NCBI GenBank assembly: GCA_943370145.1
Contig: CALRPY020000008.1
Location: forward strand, 24,328-88,327
From: Hydrogenophaga intermedia
GTDB taxonomy: Bacteria > Pseudomonadota > Gammaproteobacteria > Ga0077536
Length of the DNA stretch: 64,000 nt
Direction of reading: 5' to 3'
The notes below the pieces were generated by a model. The model was not told the origin of the DNA. It worked only from the letters and a program-made list of their open reading frames with translations, and did not search any database. The position numbers and the translations under genes were made by a program. Below are positions 34,761 through 43,901 of this stretch, piece after piece. Positions within the stretch are counted from its first letter, which is position 1. Each line of letters starts with the position of its first letter.

Positions 34761-35852
34761 GTGAAGAAGAAAACAGCCCTCATCACCGGCGTCACCGGCC
34801 AGGACGGCGCTTATCTCTCCGAGTTCCTGCTGAAGAAGGGCTACGAAGTCCACGGCATCAAGCGTCGCTCGTCCAGTTTCAACACGGGCCGCATCGACCA
34901 CATCTACCAGGACCCGCACGAGAAGGGGCGTCATTTCGTACTGCACTACGGGGACCTCACGGACGCCACCAACCTCATCCGTATCGTGCAGCAGGTGCAG
35001 CCGGACGAAATCTACAACCTCGCGGCCCAGAGCCACGTGGCGGTGTCCTTCGAAACGCCGGAATACACCGCGAACTCCGATGCCCTTGGCACGCTCCGGC
35101 TGCTGGAGGCCATCCGCATCCTGGGCCTCGAGAAGAAAACGCGTTTCTACCAGGCGTCCACCAGCGAGATGTTCGGCAAGGTGCAGGAGATTCCGCAGAA
35201 GGAAACCACGCCCTTCTACCCGCGCAGCCCGTACGGGGCGGCGAAGGTCTACGCGTACTGGATAGTGGTGAACTACCGCGAGGCCTACGGCATGTTCGGC
35301 TGCAACGGCATCCTGTTCAATCACGAGTCGCCCATCCGGGGCGAGACCTTCGTTACCCGCAAGATCACGCGCGCGGTGGCGCGCATCAGCCTGGGGCTGC
35401 AGGACTGTCTCTATCTCGGCAACCTCGATTCCCTGCGCGACTGGGGGCACGCCCGCGATTACGTGAAAGCCATGTGGCTCATGCTCCAGCAGGACGAACC
35501 GGACGACTACGTGGTGGCCACCGGCAGGCAGATCTCCGTGCGCGATTTCGTGAACGCCGCGTTTCGGGAGGTCGGCATCGAAATCGACTGGCGCGGCAGC
35601 GGCGTGCACGAACAGGGCGTGGACCGGGCGAACGGCCGCGTGCTGGTGCAGGTGGACCAGCGCTATTTCCGTCCGACGGAAGTGGACACCCTGCTGGGGG
35701 ACCCCGGTAAGGCCAAGGCGAAGCTGGGGTGGGAAGCGGAAACCCCGCTCGAAGATATGGTGCGTGAGATGGTCGAGGAGGACCGGCGCGATGCGGAGAA
35801 GGACGAACTCTGCAAGCGGGAAGGCTTCCGGGTTTTCGACTATTACGAATGA
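34761..35852 (+). CDS. gmd: GDP-mannose 4,6-dehydratase
   Basis: '[50 protein letters not shown]', 'YNLAAQSHV', '[12 protein letters not shown]'. Start set at GTG 34761 by analogy with the Gmd N-terminus (alternatives ATG 34725, TTG 34713). Confidence 0.9.
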   Translation: MKKKTALITGVTGQDGAYLSEFLLKKGYEVHGIKRRSSSFNTGRIDHIYQDPHEKGRHFVLHYGDLTDATNLIRIVQQVQPDEIYNLAAQSHVAVSFETPEYTANSDALGTLRLLEAIRILGLEKKTRFYQASTSEMFGKVQEIPQKETTPFYPRSPYGAAKVYAYWIVVNYREAYGMFGCNGILFNHESPIRGETFVTRKITRAVARISLGLQDCLYLGNLDSLRDWGHARDYVKAMWLMLQQDEPDDYVVATGRQISVRDFVNAAFREVGIEIDWRGSGVHEQGVDRANGRVLVQVDQRYFRPTEVDTLLGDPGKAKAKLGWEAETPLEDMVREMVEEDRRDAEKDELCKREGFRVFDYYE

Positions 35853-35919
35853 GGCAGCCGCGCGACGAGGCCGGTGACAACCGCGCCCGGGTCTATGCCG
35901 GGCCCTTCGCAAGGCGGGA

Positions 35920-36864
35920 ATGAACAACATGGACCTGGATTCCAAAATCTTCATCGCAGGCGCGCGCGGCATGGTCGGCTCGGCCATCGTGCGGGCCCTG
36001 CAGGCGCAGGGTCATCGCCGCCTGCTGACGCCGGGTCGCGACAGCCTGGACCTTAAACAGCCCGCTGCCGTAAGCGATTTCTTCGCGCGCGAAAAGCCGG
36101 ACCACGTCTTCGTGGCGGCGGCGAAGGTGGGCGGCATCCTCGCGAACAACAGCTACCCCGCCGACTTCCTGTACGACAACCTGATGATCGAGGCCAACGT
36201 GATCCACGCCGCGCACGAAGCGGGCGTGCGCAAGCTGCTGTTCCTGGGCAGCACCTGCATCTACCCCAAGCTTGCGCCGCAGCCACTCAAGGAGGAATAC
36301 CTGCTGTCCGGGCCGCTCGAACCCACCAACGAGTGGTACGCGGTGGCGAAGATCGCGGGCATCAAGCTGTGCCAGGCCTTCCGTCGCCAGCACGGCTGCC
36401 ACTTCATCTCCGGCATGCCCACCAACCTCTACGGTCCGAACGACAATTACGACCTGCAAAGCTCACACGTGATGCCGGCGCTGATCCGCAAGTTTCACGA
36501 GGCGAAGGTGCGCGGGGAGCCGACGGTCACGATCTGGGGGTCCGGCAAGCCGCTGCGCGAGTTCCTGCACGTGGACGATTGCGCGGAGGCCTGCGTCTTT
36601 CTGATGCGCCACTACGACGGAGACGAGCACGTGAACATCGGGGTGGGGCAGGACCTGAGCATCCTGGCTCTCGCGCAACTCATCGCGGGCGTGGTCGGCT
36701 ACTCCGGGGAACTGGTGTTCGACGCCTCGAAGCCGGACGGCACGCCGCGCAAGCTCGTGGACACGACGAAGATCAACGCCCTTGGCTGGCGCCCGCGAAT
36801 CGGCCTGGAGGAGGGCGTGCGCATGGCGTACGCGTGGTTCAGGGAGAATGTGGCGACGGTTTGA
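35920..36864 (+). CDS. fcl: GDP-L-fucose synthase (GDP-4-keto-6-deoxymannose 3,5-epimerase/4-reductase)
   Basis: 'KIFIAGARGMVGSAIVR', 'LFLGSTCIYPK', 'NEWYAVAKIAGIKLCQAF' and 'MPTNLYGPNDN' are typical Fcl/WcaG. Confidence 0.9.
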   Translation: MNNMDLDSKIFIAGARGMVGSAIVRALQAQGHRRLLTPGRDSLDLKQPAAVSDFFAREKPDHVFVAAAKVGGILANNSYPADFLYDNLMIEANVIHAAHEAGVRKLLFLGSTCIYPKLAPQPLKEEYLLSGPLEPTNEWYAVAKIAGIKLCQAFRRQHGCHFISGMPTNLYGPNDNYDLQSSHVMPALIRKFHEAKVRGEPTVTIWGSGKPLREFLHVDDCAEACVFLMRHYDGDEHVNIGVGQDLSILALAQLIAGVVGYSGELVFDASKPDGTPRKLVDTTKINALGWRPRIGLEEGVRMAYAWFRENVATV

Positions 36865-36892
36865 AATAATGCTCCGCGCAAGCGAGCTAAGA

Positions 36893-37245
36893 CCTTCGCC
36901 TCTCCCGCACCGGGCGAGGCCGCGCGCAGCGCGGGTGAGGGGGCTTTAGGATTGGCGCAGCGCCGGCTGACGCGACCCTCACCCCCCCCCTCTCTCTCGC
37001 GCGGGACAGGGGGCAAGATTGAGCCCGCACTCGGGCGAAGGGCATGATCTAATCTGTCCGGTACGCGGGCGCAGCGCGCACGATCTTCGCCTCTCCCGCT
37101 GCGGGAGAGGCCGCGCGCAGCGCGGGTGAGGGCGGTTTCAGATTGGCGCAGCGCCGGCTGACGCGCCCCTCACCCCCGCCCTTCCCCGCGCGCGGCAGAG
37201 GGGGCAAGAATGCTCTCTGTCCCGCACTTGGGCGAGGGGCAAGAA
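36893..37245. repeat. Two direct copies (about 190-nt period) of a roughly 150-nt composite REP-like element
   Basis: 'CTTCGCCTCTCCCGC...GCCGCGCGCAGCGCGGGTGAGGG...GATTGGCGCAGCGCCGGCTGACGCG.CCCTCACCCC...GGGGGCAAGA' occurs at about 36893-37030 and again at about 37084-37240. It shares the CCTCTCCCGC / GGGTGAGGG cores with the 13.9-kb array. Confidence 0.8.
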
Positions 37246-37301
37246 CGAGCCTGTCCCGCACCTGCGACGGGAGCTCGTCAAAACGCACAGGAGTCCAGCG
37301 C

Positions 37302-38675
37302 ATGGGCGCAAAAACAGGCCGTAACGATCCTTGCCCCTGCGGCAGTGGCAAGAAAGCCAAGCACTGTCACGGCGCGGACCGGCCGGCGGTCGTCCAGGAT
37401 AATTTTGTCGACGGGCAGGGCGCCGTGGCGACGGCCTTCCGCTGGCTGGAGCAGCGCCACGGCGACGCGATGCGCGAGTCTTTCATGGGCTTCCTGCTCG
37501 ACGACCTGTGGCCGGAGCAGGCGCCGGCGCCGGAGACCTTCGACAACGCATTCCTCACCGAAGTGTCGGAATACCTGCAGGCGATATGGCTGGCCAGCTG
37601 CGATCTCGAAGCAGGGCACCGCCGGTATCGCCGCGTGATTGACCTCGTCTGCGCGCCGCACGGCGCGCCATTGACGCAAGGCCAGCGCAACTATCTGCGG
37701 CAACTGGGCACGCAACCACTGCGGCTGTATCGCGTCATCGAGGCGGCCGGGGAGGAGACCTGGCGGGTGATGGATGCGATCGATCTCACGCTGGACCCGT
37801 TCGTGGCGCGAATCCCTGGCGCGGAAGGCATCAAGCCGGGAATGATGATGGCCGGGCGCGCCCTCGATGTGAACGGCTCGCTGGCGCTGACGGAGGACAT
37901 GCTCCACTTCCCCGCCCCCCATGACCTCCGAATCCTGAACCTGGTGAGCGACCTGGCCGCCCAGGACTACAAGCACGAGAGTGAACGCGACTTCGACATC
38001 GAAATCGAAATCGCCGCGTTGTGGCTGGAGATGGTTCTTGCGCATGCGGTCGCCCACATCGCCGACCAGCACGCCAGCCGCGACGGCAACCCGGACCTGC
38101 TCTTCATCACGGACCATTACCAGGTCCTAGACGACGCGCGGCTCGTCAGCACGCTGAACGACTGCCCCGCGCTCGATCACCAGACCGGCCCGGGTTGGTT
38201 GCTGCTTGCCGGGGACGCGGACGCTCCCGAGGACATCGAACTCGAAATCCTGCGCGGCGCGCGACCAGACAGGCTCGAGGTGCAGTACGCCTCACAGGCC
38301 GCGGCCGACGCGGGGCGCCCCTGGTTCGAAAACCTGGTTGGCGATGCCGTGCGCTATCTCACGCGCGAGATCTCGGAGCCCGGCGCAATGCTCGACGATG
38401 AGGTCATGCGGGAGATCGAGTCGCTGCCCAGCGGTGCGCTGGAACAGCTGCTCGATGGCGGGCTGCTCGAGCTTTTCAGGCAATGGCCCGACGAGCCCCA
38501 CCCGGCGCTCGGCGGGAAGACCCCACGCGAGGTGGTCCGGACCAGCGCTGATGTGCCGCAGGTGAAGGGCTTGCTGCTCGCCATCGAGGAAGAGGCCGCG
38601 ACGCTCGCGCGCGAGCAGGGGCTTGCGCCGCTGTCGTGGCAATTCCTGTGGGACGACCTGGGGCTGAAGCGTTAG
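37302..38675 (+). CDS. SEC-C metal-binding motif protein (N-terminal CPCGSG...C.H), function unknown
   Basis: ATG 37302 preceded by AGGAG. 'GRNDPCPCGSGKKAKHCHG' is a SEC-C zinc motif placed at the N-terminus. The upstream part of ORF 37143.. lies in repeats. The remaining ~430 aa have no family I can name. Confidence 0.65.
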   Translation: MGAKTGRNDPCPCGSGKKAKHCHGADRPAVVQDNFVDGQGAVATAFRWLEQRHGDAMRESFMGFLLDDLWPEQAPAPETFDNAFLTEVSEYLQAIWLASCDLEAGHRRYRRVIDLVCAPHGAPLTQGQRNYLRQLGTQPLRLYRVIEAAGEETWRVMDAIDLTLDPFVARIPGAEGIKPGMMMAGRALDVNGSLALTEDMLHFPAPHDLRILNLVSDLAAQDYKHESERDFDIEIEIAALWLEMVLAHAVAHIADQHASRDGNPDLLFITDHYQVLDDARLVSTLNDCPALDHQTGPGWLLLAGDADAPEDIELEILRGARPDRLEVQYASQAAADAGRPWFENLVGDAVRYLTREISEPGAMLDDEVMREIESLPSGALEQLLDGGLLELFRQWPDEPHPALGGKTPREVVRTSADVPQVKGLLLAIEEEAATLAREQGLAPLSWQFLWDDLGLKR

Positions 38676-38815
38676 CGGCGTCGGCCAGGCCGTGCCGGCC
38701 GTCGCGGCGGCTTCCCCTGAATCTTGCCGACAGCCCCTTTTGCGCGAGCCTGTTACAGTCTTTTAACAATATGACCGGTAAAATCCGGTTTCCAGCCCGC
38801 ACTGCAGGATTCGAC

Positions 38816-41206
38816 ATGCGTTTCAAAAAAATTGCGTTCATGCTCCTGGTCGCTTCGCTCGCCGCATGCGGGGGCGCGGAAGACCGCAAGGCCGCCTACA
38901 TGGAAAAGGGGCAGGCCCTGTACGACGCCGGCGACTATGACAAGGCGCGGCTGGAGTTCAAGAACGTCCTGCAAATCGATCCCAAGGACATCCCGTCGCG
39001 CTACATGCTGGCGCAAACGCTGGAAAAGCTGCAGGACTGGCGCGGCGCGGCGGGCCATTACCTCGGCATCATCGAGGCGGACCCGACGCACCGCGAAGCC
39101 CTGTCCCGCATGGGCCAGATTTACCTCCTGGGCCGCAACGCCGAGGAAGCCGGCAAGCTTGCGGACAAGCTGCTGGCGCTCAACGCGCAGGATCCGGACG
39201 GCCTCACGCTCCGGGCCGGCATCAAGGCGCTCAACAAGGACGTCGACGGCGCGCTCGCGGACGTCAAGGCGGCGCTGGAGGCGCAGCCCGGCCATGTGAA
39301 TGCGTCGGCGCTCCTCGCGTCCCTTTACCTGCAGACCGGCAAGCCGGACGAGAGCATCGAGGTATTGAAGACGGCGCTGGAAAAGGATCCGAAGAACACC
39401 ACGGTGCAGGCCCTGCTGGCGCGGGTCTACACCCAGCTCGGCAAGAAGGACGAGGCCGAGCAGCTCTTCCGGGACATCATCGCCGCCGAGCCCGACACCC
39501 TGGGGCATCGCCTGCGTCTCGCGCAGTTCCTCGTCGACGGTGAGAAGCTCGACGACGCCGAGGCCGTACTCACCAAGGCCGTCGACGACATCACCAAGGT
39601 GCCGAAGGACGCGGTTACCGCGAAACTCAGCCTCGTCGAGTTCCAGGCCAAGGCACGCAGCGCGGACAAGGCCATTGCCACGCTGAAGGGCATGGTCGAC
39701 AAGGAGCCGAAGAATTCCGAGCTGCGCGCCGCCCTGGCGAAACTGTATGAAGCCGCGCAGAAGCCGGATGACGCGATTGCCACCTACGACAGCATCATCG
39801 AGGCGGCGGAAGAGCCGAACGCGCCGCAGGCGCTGAGCGCCAGGACGCGCAAAGCGATGGTGCTGGCCCGCAAGGGCGACGCCGCCGGCGCGAAGTCGCT
39901 GGTGGAAGAAGTGCTGAAGGAAAACCCCCGCGACCAGGACGCGCTGGTGCTGCGAGGCTCGCTGGCGCTGGACGCCGGTGATGCCGGTGCGGCCATCGCG
40001 GACTATCGCGCCGCGCTGAAGGACAACCCGAATTCGCCGGACGTCTCGCGCCTGCTGGCGCGCGCCCACCAGGCGAACAAGGAACCGCAGCTCGCCATCG
40101 ACACCCTGCTGAAGGCGGCGGAGGCCAACCCGGCCGCGCTGCAGCTGCGCGGTGACCTGGCGAACCTGTACTCGCAGCAGCAGAACCTCGATGCGGTGAT
40201 CGGGCAGCTGGACGAAGTGCTGAAGCAGGATCCGGACAACCGTCCGGCCCTCGAGGGCAAGTTCAAGACCTACGTCTACCAGAAGAACTGGACCAAGGCG
40301 ATGGAGCTTGCGGACCAGCTGAAGACGCTCCTGCCGAACGACCCGGTTGGCTTCTACTTCGCGGGCCTCGTGCACCAGGCGGAGCAGAAGCTGCCGGAAA
40401 GCATCGAGCAGTTCGAGTCCGCGCTGGCCGTGGCGCCGGACGCCGTGCAGCCGCTGTCCCAGCTCGTGAAGAGCCACCTTGCGATGGACAAGCGTGACGT
40501 CGCCGAGAAACGCCTGGCCGAGGTGTTGGAGCGCAATCCGAAGAACTTCGTCGCGAACAACCTGCTGGGCGAGCTGCAGCTGACCAGCAAGCGCTTCGAG
40601 GAGGCGAAGAAGTCATTCGAGACCGCGCTGGTGTCGAACGACAAGTGGGCCATCCTCTACCGCAACCTCGCCACCACCAAGCTCGCCCTGAAGGACGAGG
40701 CGGGTGCGGTGAAGACCATGGAGGAGGGTATTGAGAAGACCGGCGGCTCCTCGCTGCTGGTGACAGGCCTTGCAACCTACCTGGAAAAGGCCGGCAAGCT
40801 GGACCAGGCGGTGGCGCAGTACGAGAAGGTCCTGAAGGAGAACCCGAAATCGCAGCTGGCCGCCAACAATCTCGCGATGCTGCTGATCGAGTACAAGACG
40901 GACGACGCTTCCCGCCAGCGCGCGCGGGAGCTTTCGAAGATGCTGCTCGAGAGCAAGGAAGCGGCCTACCTGGATACGGTGGGCTGGGTGGAATACAAGT
41001 TCGGCGACTTCCAGAAGGCCTCCGAGTATCTCGAGAAGGCTGTCCAGGCCGCGCCAGACGCCGCGCTCATCCGCTACCACCTCGGCATGGCCTACGTGGG
41101 GCTCGGCAACAAGGTGCTCGCCAAGGACAACCTGAAACAGGCCGTGGACGCGAACATCGAGTTCAAGGGGCTGGAACAGGCGAAGGCGGAGCTGGCGAAG
41201 CTGTAA
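38816..41206 (+). CDS. prsT: PEP-CTERM-system TPR-repeat lipoprotein (PrsT-like)
   Basis: Lipobox 'LLVASLAAC-GG' after ATG 38816. About 20 consecutive TPR-like repeats (GDYDKARLEFKNVLQIDPKD...). Size and location beside an XrtA locus fit the TIGR02917 description. Confidence 0.75.
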   Translation: MRFKKIAFMLLVASLAACGGAEDRKAAYMEKGQALYDAGDYDKARLEFKNVLQIDPKDIPSRYMLAQTLEKLQDWRGAAGHYLGIIEADPTHREALSRMGQIYLLGRNAEEAGKLADKLLALNAQDPDGLTLRAGIKALNKDVDGALADVKAALEAQPGHVNASALLASLYLQTGKPDESIEVLKTALEKDPKNTTVQALLARVYTQLGKKDEAEQLFRDIIAAEPDTLGHRLRLAQFLVDGEKLDDAEAVLTKAVDDITKVPKDAVTAKLSLVEFQAKARSADKAIATLKGMVDKEPKNSELRAALAKLYEAAQKPDDAIATYDSIIEAAEEPNAPQALSARTRKAMVLARKGDAAGAKSLVEEVLKENPRDQDALVLRGSLALDAGDAGAAIADYRAALKDNPNSPDVSRLLARAHQANKEPQLAIDTLLKAAEANPAALQLRGDLANLYSQQQNLDAVIGQLDEVLKQDPDNRPALEGKFKTYVYQKNWTKAMELADQLKTLLPNDPVGFYFAGLVHQAEQKLPESIEQFESALAVAPDAVQPLSQLVKSHLAMDKRDVAEKRLAEVLERNPKNFVANNLLGELQLTSKRFEEAKKSFETALVSNDKWAILYRNLATTKLALKDEAGAVKTMEEGIEKTGGSSLLVTGLATYLEKAGKLDQAVAQYEKVLKENPKSQLAANNLAMLLIEYKTDDASRQRARELSKMLLESKEAAYLDTVGWVEYKFGDFQKASEYLEKAVQAAPDAALIRYHLGMAYVGLGNKVLAKDNLKQAVDANIEFKGLEQAKAELAKL

Positions 41207-41250
41207 GCAGCGCCGCGGTGCCTACACCCAACCAGCGCAGAAAAGGTGTC

Positions 41251-41289
41251 CAGAAAAGGTGTCAGATTTAAAATCTGACACCTTTTCTG
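41251..41289. repeat. 39-nt perfect AT-rich palindrome (19-nt arms), 45 nt after the prsT stop; possible terminator or REP-type element
   Basis: CAGAAAAGGTGTCAGATTT-A-AAATCTGACACCTTTTCTG. Preceded by a partial direct duplication GCAGAAAAGGTGTC/CAGAAAAGGTGTC (41238-41263). Confidence 0.8.
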
Positions 41290-41391
41290 TGCGGCGCCAG
41301 CCGCCGGATTTTCATCAGGGACAGCCCGGAGGGCGTGGAGAAGAACGGTGAGTTCGGGGATGCGCCGCTGCCGCAGCGCCTCCGGCCGGGG

Positions 41392-41430
41392 GCAGAAAAG
41401 GTGTCAGATTTTAAATCTGACACCTTTTCT
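41392..41430. repeat. Second copy of the same palindrome (central base T instead of A, i.e. the inverted copy)
   Basis: CAGAAAAGGTGTCAGATTT-T-AAATCTGACACCTTTTCT(C). It lies 141 nt downstream of copy 1. Confidence 0.8.
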
Positions 41431-41613
41431 CCGCGACACCCTTGCGCGCGGCCTCTTCCCGGGCGGGGGAGGCGAAGGTCCCTGGGGCCTGTCGTTTGGC
41501 TTAGCTGGGCTGGGAGCCTCTACGTGACCTGCATCAATTGGTGGCGACTTGCCTGACCCTAGGCTTCACCACGGCATCGATGCAAACGGCACACGATGAT
41601 GAGGTAAGAGTCC

Positions 41614-42249
41614 ATGAACACTTCGATCTTGCTTGGGAAGGCCCTTCTTGCACTGCAACTCGCTGCCGCGACCCCGCTGGCGTCAGCCGCCATCCTCCAG
41701 AACGGCAGCTTCGAGTTGCCGGTGGTCGCCAACGGGGCCGTGGTCCAGACCACGCCCGTCGGCTGGACGTGGGATGGCCCCATTGGTTTCCTGTTCAGTT
41801 CGGATGCGCCGGGCTTTGCGGCCGACGGCGAGCAATTCGTCGACATCGGAAACACCTCGGTCTTTGCGCTCCGGCAGGATTTCTCGATCGCGGCGGCCGG
41901 CCTGTACCGGCTGTCCTGGGCGGACAACGCCGCCGCCTTCCTCCAGGTGGCTCCGTACCGGTTCGCCGTGAACGGCGTCGTCAATCATGGTGCCCAGTTC
42001 GACGCCAACGAGGGTGTCGACGGCCTCTGGACTGCCCGCGAGGCGCTGCTGCAGCTTGCGCAGGGCGACTATCAACTGGTGTTTGCGCCGGTGGACGTCG
42101 CCATGCCGCTGCCGGCGCAGGATCGCTACATCGACAACGTATCCCTGGCGCCCGTCCCGGTGCCTGCGGCGCTATGGCTGCTCGTGCCTGCTGTGGCGGG
42201 CTTGCTTGGAATGTCGCGCCGGGCAGGGCGCGCCCAGCTCCTGGCTTGA
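41614..42249 (+). CDS. PEP-CTERM-type sorting-signal protein (variant 'PVPVP' motif) with a DUF642-like N-terminal domain
   Basis: Signal peptide (ALLALQLAAATPLASA), then 'ILQNGSFELP...TPVGWTW' (DUF642-like opening). C-terminus 'APVPVPAALWLLVPAVAGLLGMSRRAGR' gives Pro-rich motif + TM + Arg cluster (42148-42246). Confidence 0.75.
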   Translation: MNTSILLGKALLALQLAAATPLASAAILQNGSFELPVVANGAVVQTTPVGWTWDGPIGFLFSSDAPGFAADGEQFVDIGNTSVFALRQDFSIAAAGLYRLSWADNAAAFLQVAPYRFAVNGVVNHGAQFDANEGVDGLWTAREALLQLAQGDYQLVFAPVDVAMPLPAQDRYIDNVSLAPVPVPAALWLLVPAVAGLLGMSRRAGRAQLLA

Positions 42250-42510
42250 GTCTGACAGCGGGGGCCCGGTAAAAGCGGGCTTGGCCGAACCGTAAAACCC
42301 CTTTCCGCGCCTCGCCCGCCTGCCATGGCAGGCTGAGGGGTGCACCACCCCGCACTGCGCAGACCTGTCGGCGCAACCGCCCGCTGCGTGGCCGGCCTGT
42401 CCCGGGACGGCGCGGTGAAGTTCTTGGGCGGCGTATCAGAATCAGGTTACATCCCACTGATAAATAAAATAAACTGGAAGCTGAACCTCGTTCAGGTACC
42501 GTCGGCCCCG

Positions 42511-43716
42511 ATGTCCTTTCCTCGCCCAAAATCGCTGGGTGTCCTCCTGTTCGGCGCGTTGGCATGCGTCAGGAGCGAAGCAGCCGAGTTCGAGTTGCAG
42601 GGCGCCGTCACCGCCGAGTCGCGCGTGTTCTTCGAGCCTGCACAGTACCCGGGGCAGCACGGGCTCAATGGCTCGGTGGCCTTGCAGCCCGACTTCTACT
42701 GGTCGTGGGAAGAGGGCGCGCAGAGCTTGCTGTTCACCCCGTTCGTGCGCTTGGACCAGGGGGACTCCCGTCGCTCGCATGCGGACATCCGCGAGCTGAC
42801 CTGGCTGATCGCGCGCGACGCATGGGAATTCCGGGCCGGGGTACGGCGCGTGTTCTGGGGCGTCGCCGAGTCGAATCACTTGGTGGATATCATCAACCAG
42901 ACCGATCTGGTCGAAAACCCGGATACGGAAGACAAGCTCGGCCAGCCCATGCTGAACCTGGCGCTGGTCCGCGCCTGGGGGACTGTCGACCTGTTCGTTC
43001 TGCCGGGTTTCAGGGAGAGAACTTTCCCCGGTAAATCAGGCAGGTTACGTTCACAACCTCGAGTGGATACGAGTTCTGTGCGCTACGACTCCGCGGCCGG
43101 CGACAAGCATGTCGATGTGGCGGCCCGGTACTCGCACAGCGTCGGCAACCTGGATCTCGGGCTCTATCACTTCCGGGGCACCAGCCGCGAACCGCGCCTG
43201 CTGCCCGCGTTGACGCCCAGCCGCGAGCCGGTGCTCACGCCCCTCTACGACCAGATAAACCAGACCGGGCTCGATGTGCTCTACACTTGGCAGAGCTGGC
43301 TGTTCAAGCTCGAGGCGCTGCATCGCACGGGGCAGGGCGAGGGTTTCGCGGCGGCGGTGGCCGGTTTCGAGTACACGCTGGTCGGGATCTTCGACAGCGC
43401 CCTGGACCTTGGCCTGCTTACCGAGTACCACTACGACGAGCGCGACGAGCGCGCGCTGACCCCCTACAACCGCGACCTCTTCGTCGGGGCGCGGCTGGCG
43501 CTGAACGATACCGAAAGCACCAGCATCCTTGCCGGCGTGGTGACGGATCTCCATGGCAACGGGAATCTCTTCAACGTGGAGGCCAGCCGCCGGTTCGGCG
43601 AGCGCTGGCGGCTGGAAGCGGAACTTCGCATCTTCCGCGACACGGAGCGGGGCGACTTGCTGCATTTCGTCGACCAGGACGACTATCTCGGGCTGGAGCT
43701 GGCGCGGCATTTCTAG
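42511..43716 (+). CDS. Outer-membrane beta-barrel-like hypothetical protein
   Basis: ATG 42511 with signal peptide (LGVLLFGALACVRSEAA). Alternating strand-like pattern and C-terminal 'LELARHF' (terminal Phe). The upstream part of ORF 42340.. runs through repeat DNA. Confidence 0.55.
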   Translation: MSFPRPKSLGVLLFGALACVRSEAAEFELQGAVTAESRVFFEPAQYPGQHGLNGSVALQPDFYWSWEEGAQSLLFTPFVRLDQGDSRRSHADIRELTWLIARDAWEFRAGVRRVFWGVAESNHLVDIINQTDLVENPDTEDKLGQPMLNLALVRAWGTVDLFVLPGFRERTFPGKSGRLRSQPRVDTSSVRYDSAAGDKHVDVAARYSHSVGNLDLGLYHFRGTSREPRLLPALTPSREPVLTPLYDQINQTGLDVLYTWQSWLFKLEALHRTGQGEGFAAAVAGFEYTLVGIFDSALDLGLLTEYHYDERDERALTPYNRDLFVGARLALNDTESTSILAGVVTDLHGNGNLFNVEASRRFGERWRLEAELRIFRDTERGDLLHFVDQDDYLGLELARHF

Positions 43717-43901
43717 CGCGGGCGCCAGCCGCGCAAAAGCTCGGTAGTGCTTTAAAATAGTCGTTCAAAAAATTGTTTTAAAGGAATATTGATGTCACGA
43801 AAACGCCAATTCGGCACCGACCCTCACCCGCACTGCGTGCGGCCTCTCCCAGGGCGGGAGAGGCGAAGAGATCGCGGCCGGCGACCAGGCAGGAACAATC
43901 C

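Noticed and set aside
38636-38815. Upstream 60 codons of the PrsT ORF; similarly 37143..37301 for the SEC-C protein, 42340..42510 for the OMP and 20526..20681 for wecB.
   Set aside because: These leaders run through intergenic or repeat DNA, or through the 3' end of the previous gene. They precede an internal Met that is followed by a proper signal peptide, lipobox or conserved N-terminus.
41520-41545. Sigma54-like 'TGGTGGCGACTTGCC' upstream of the PEP-CTERM gene, and 'TGGCCTTAAAGTGCA' (48300-48315) upstream of the second PEP-CTERM gene.
   Set aside because: In both, the GG-to-GC spacing is one nucleotide short of the strictly conserved -24/-12 spacing, so they are not reported as promoters.
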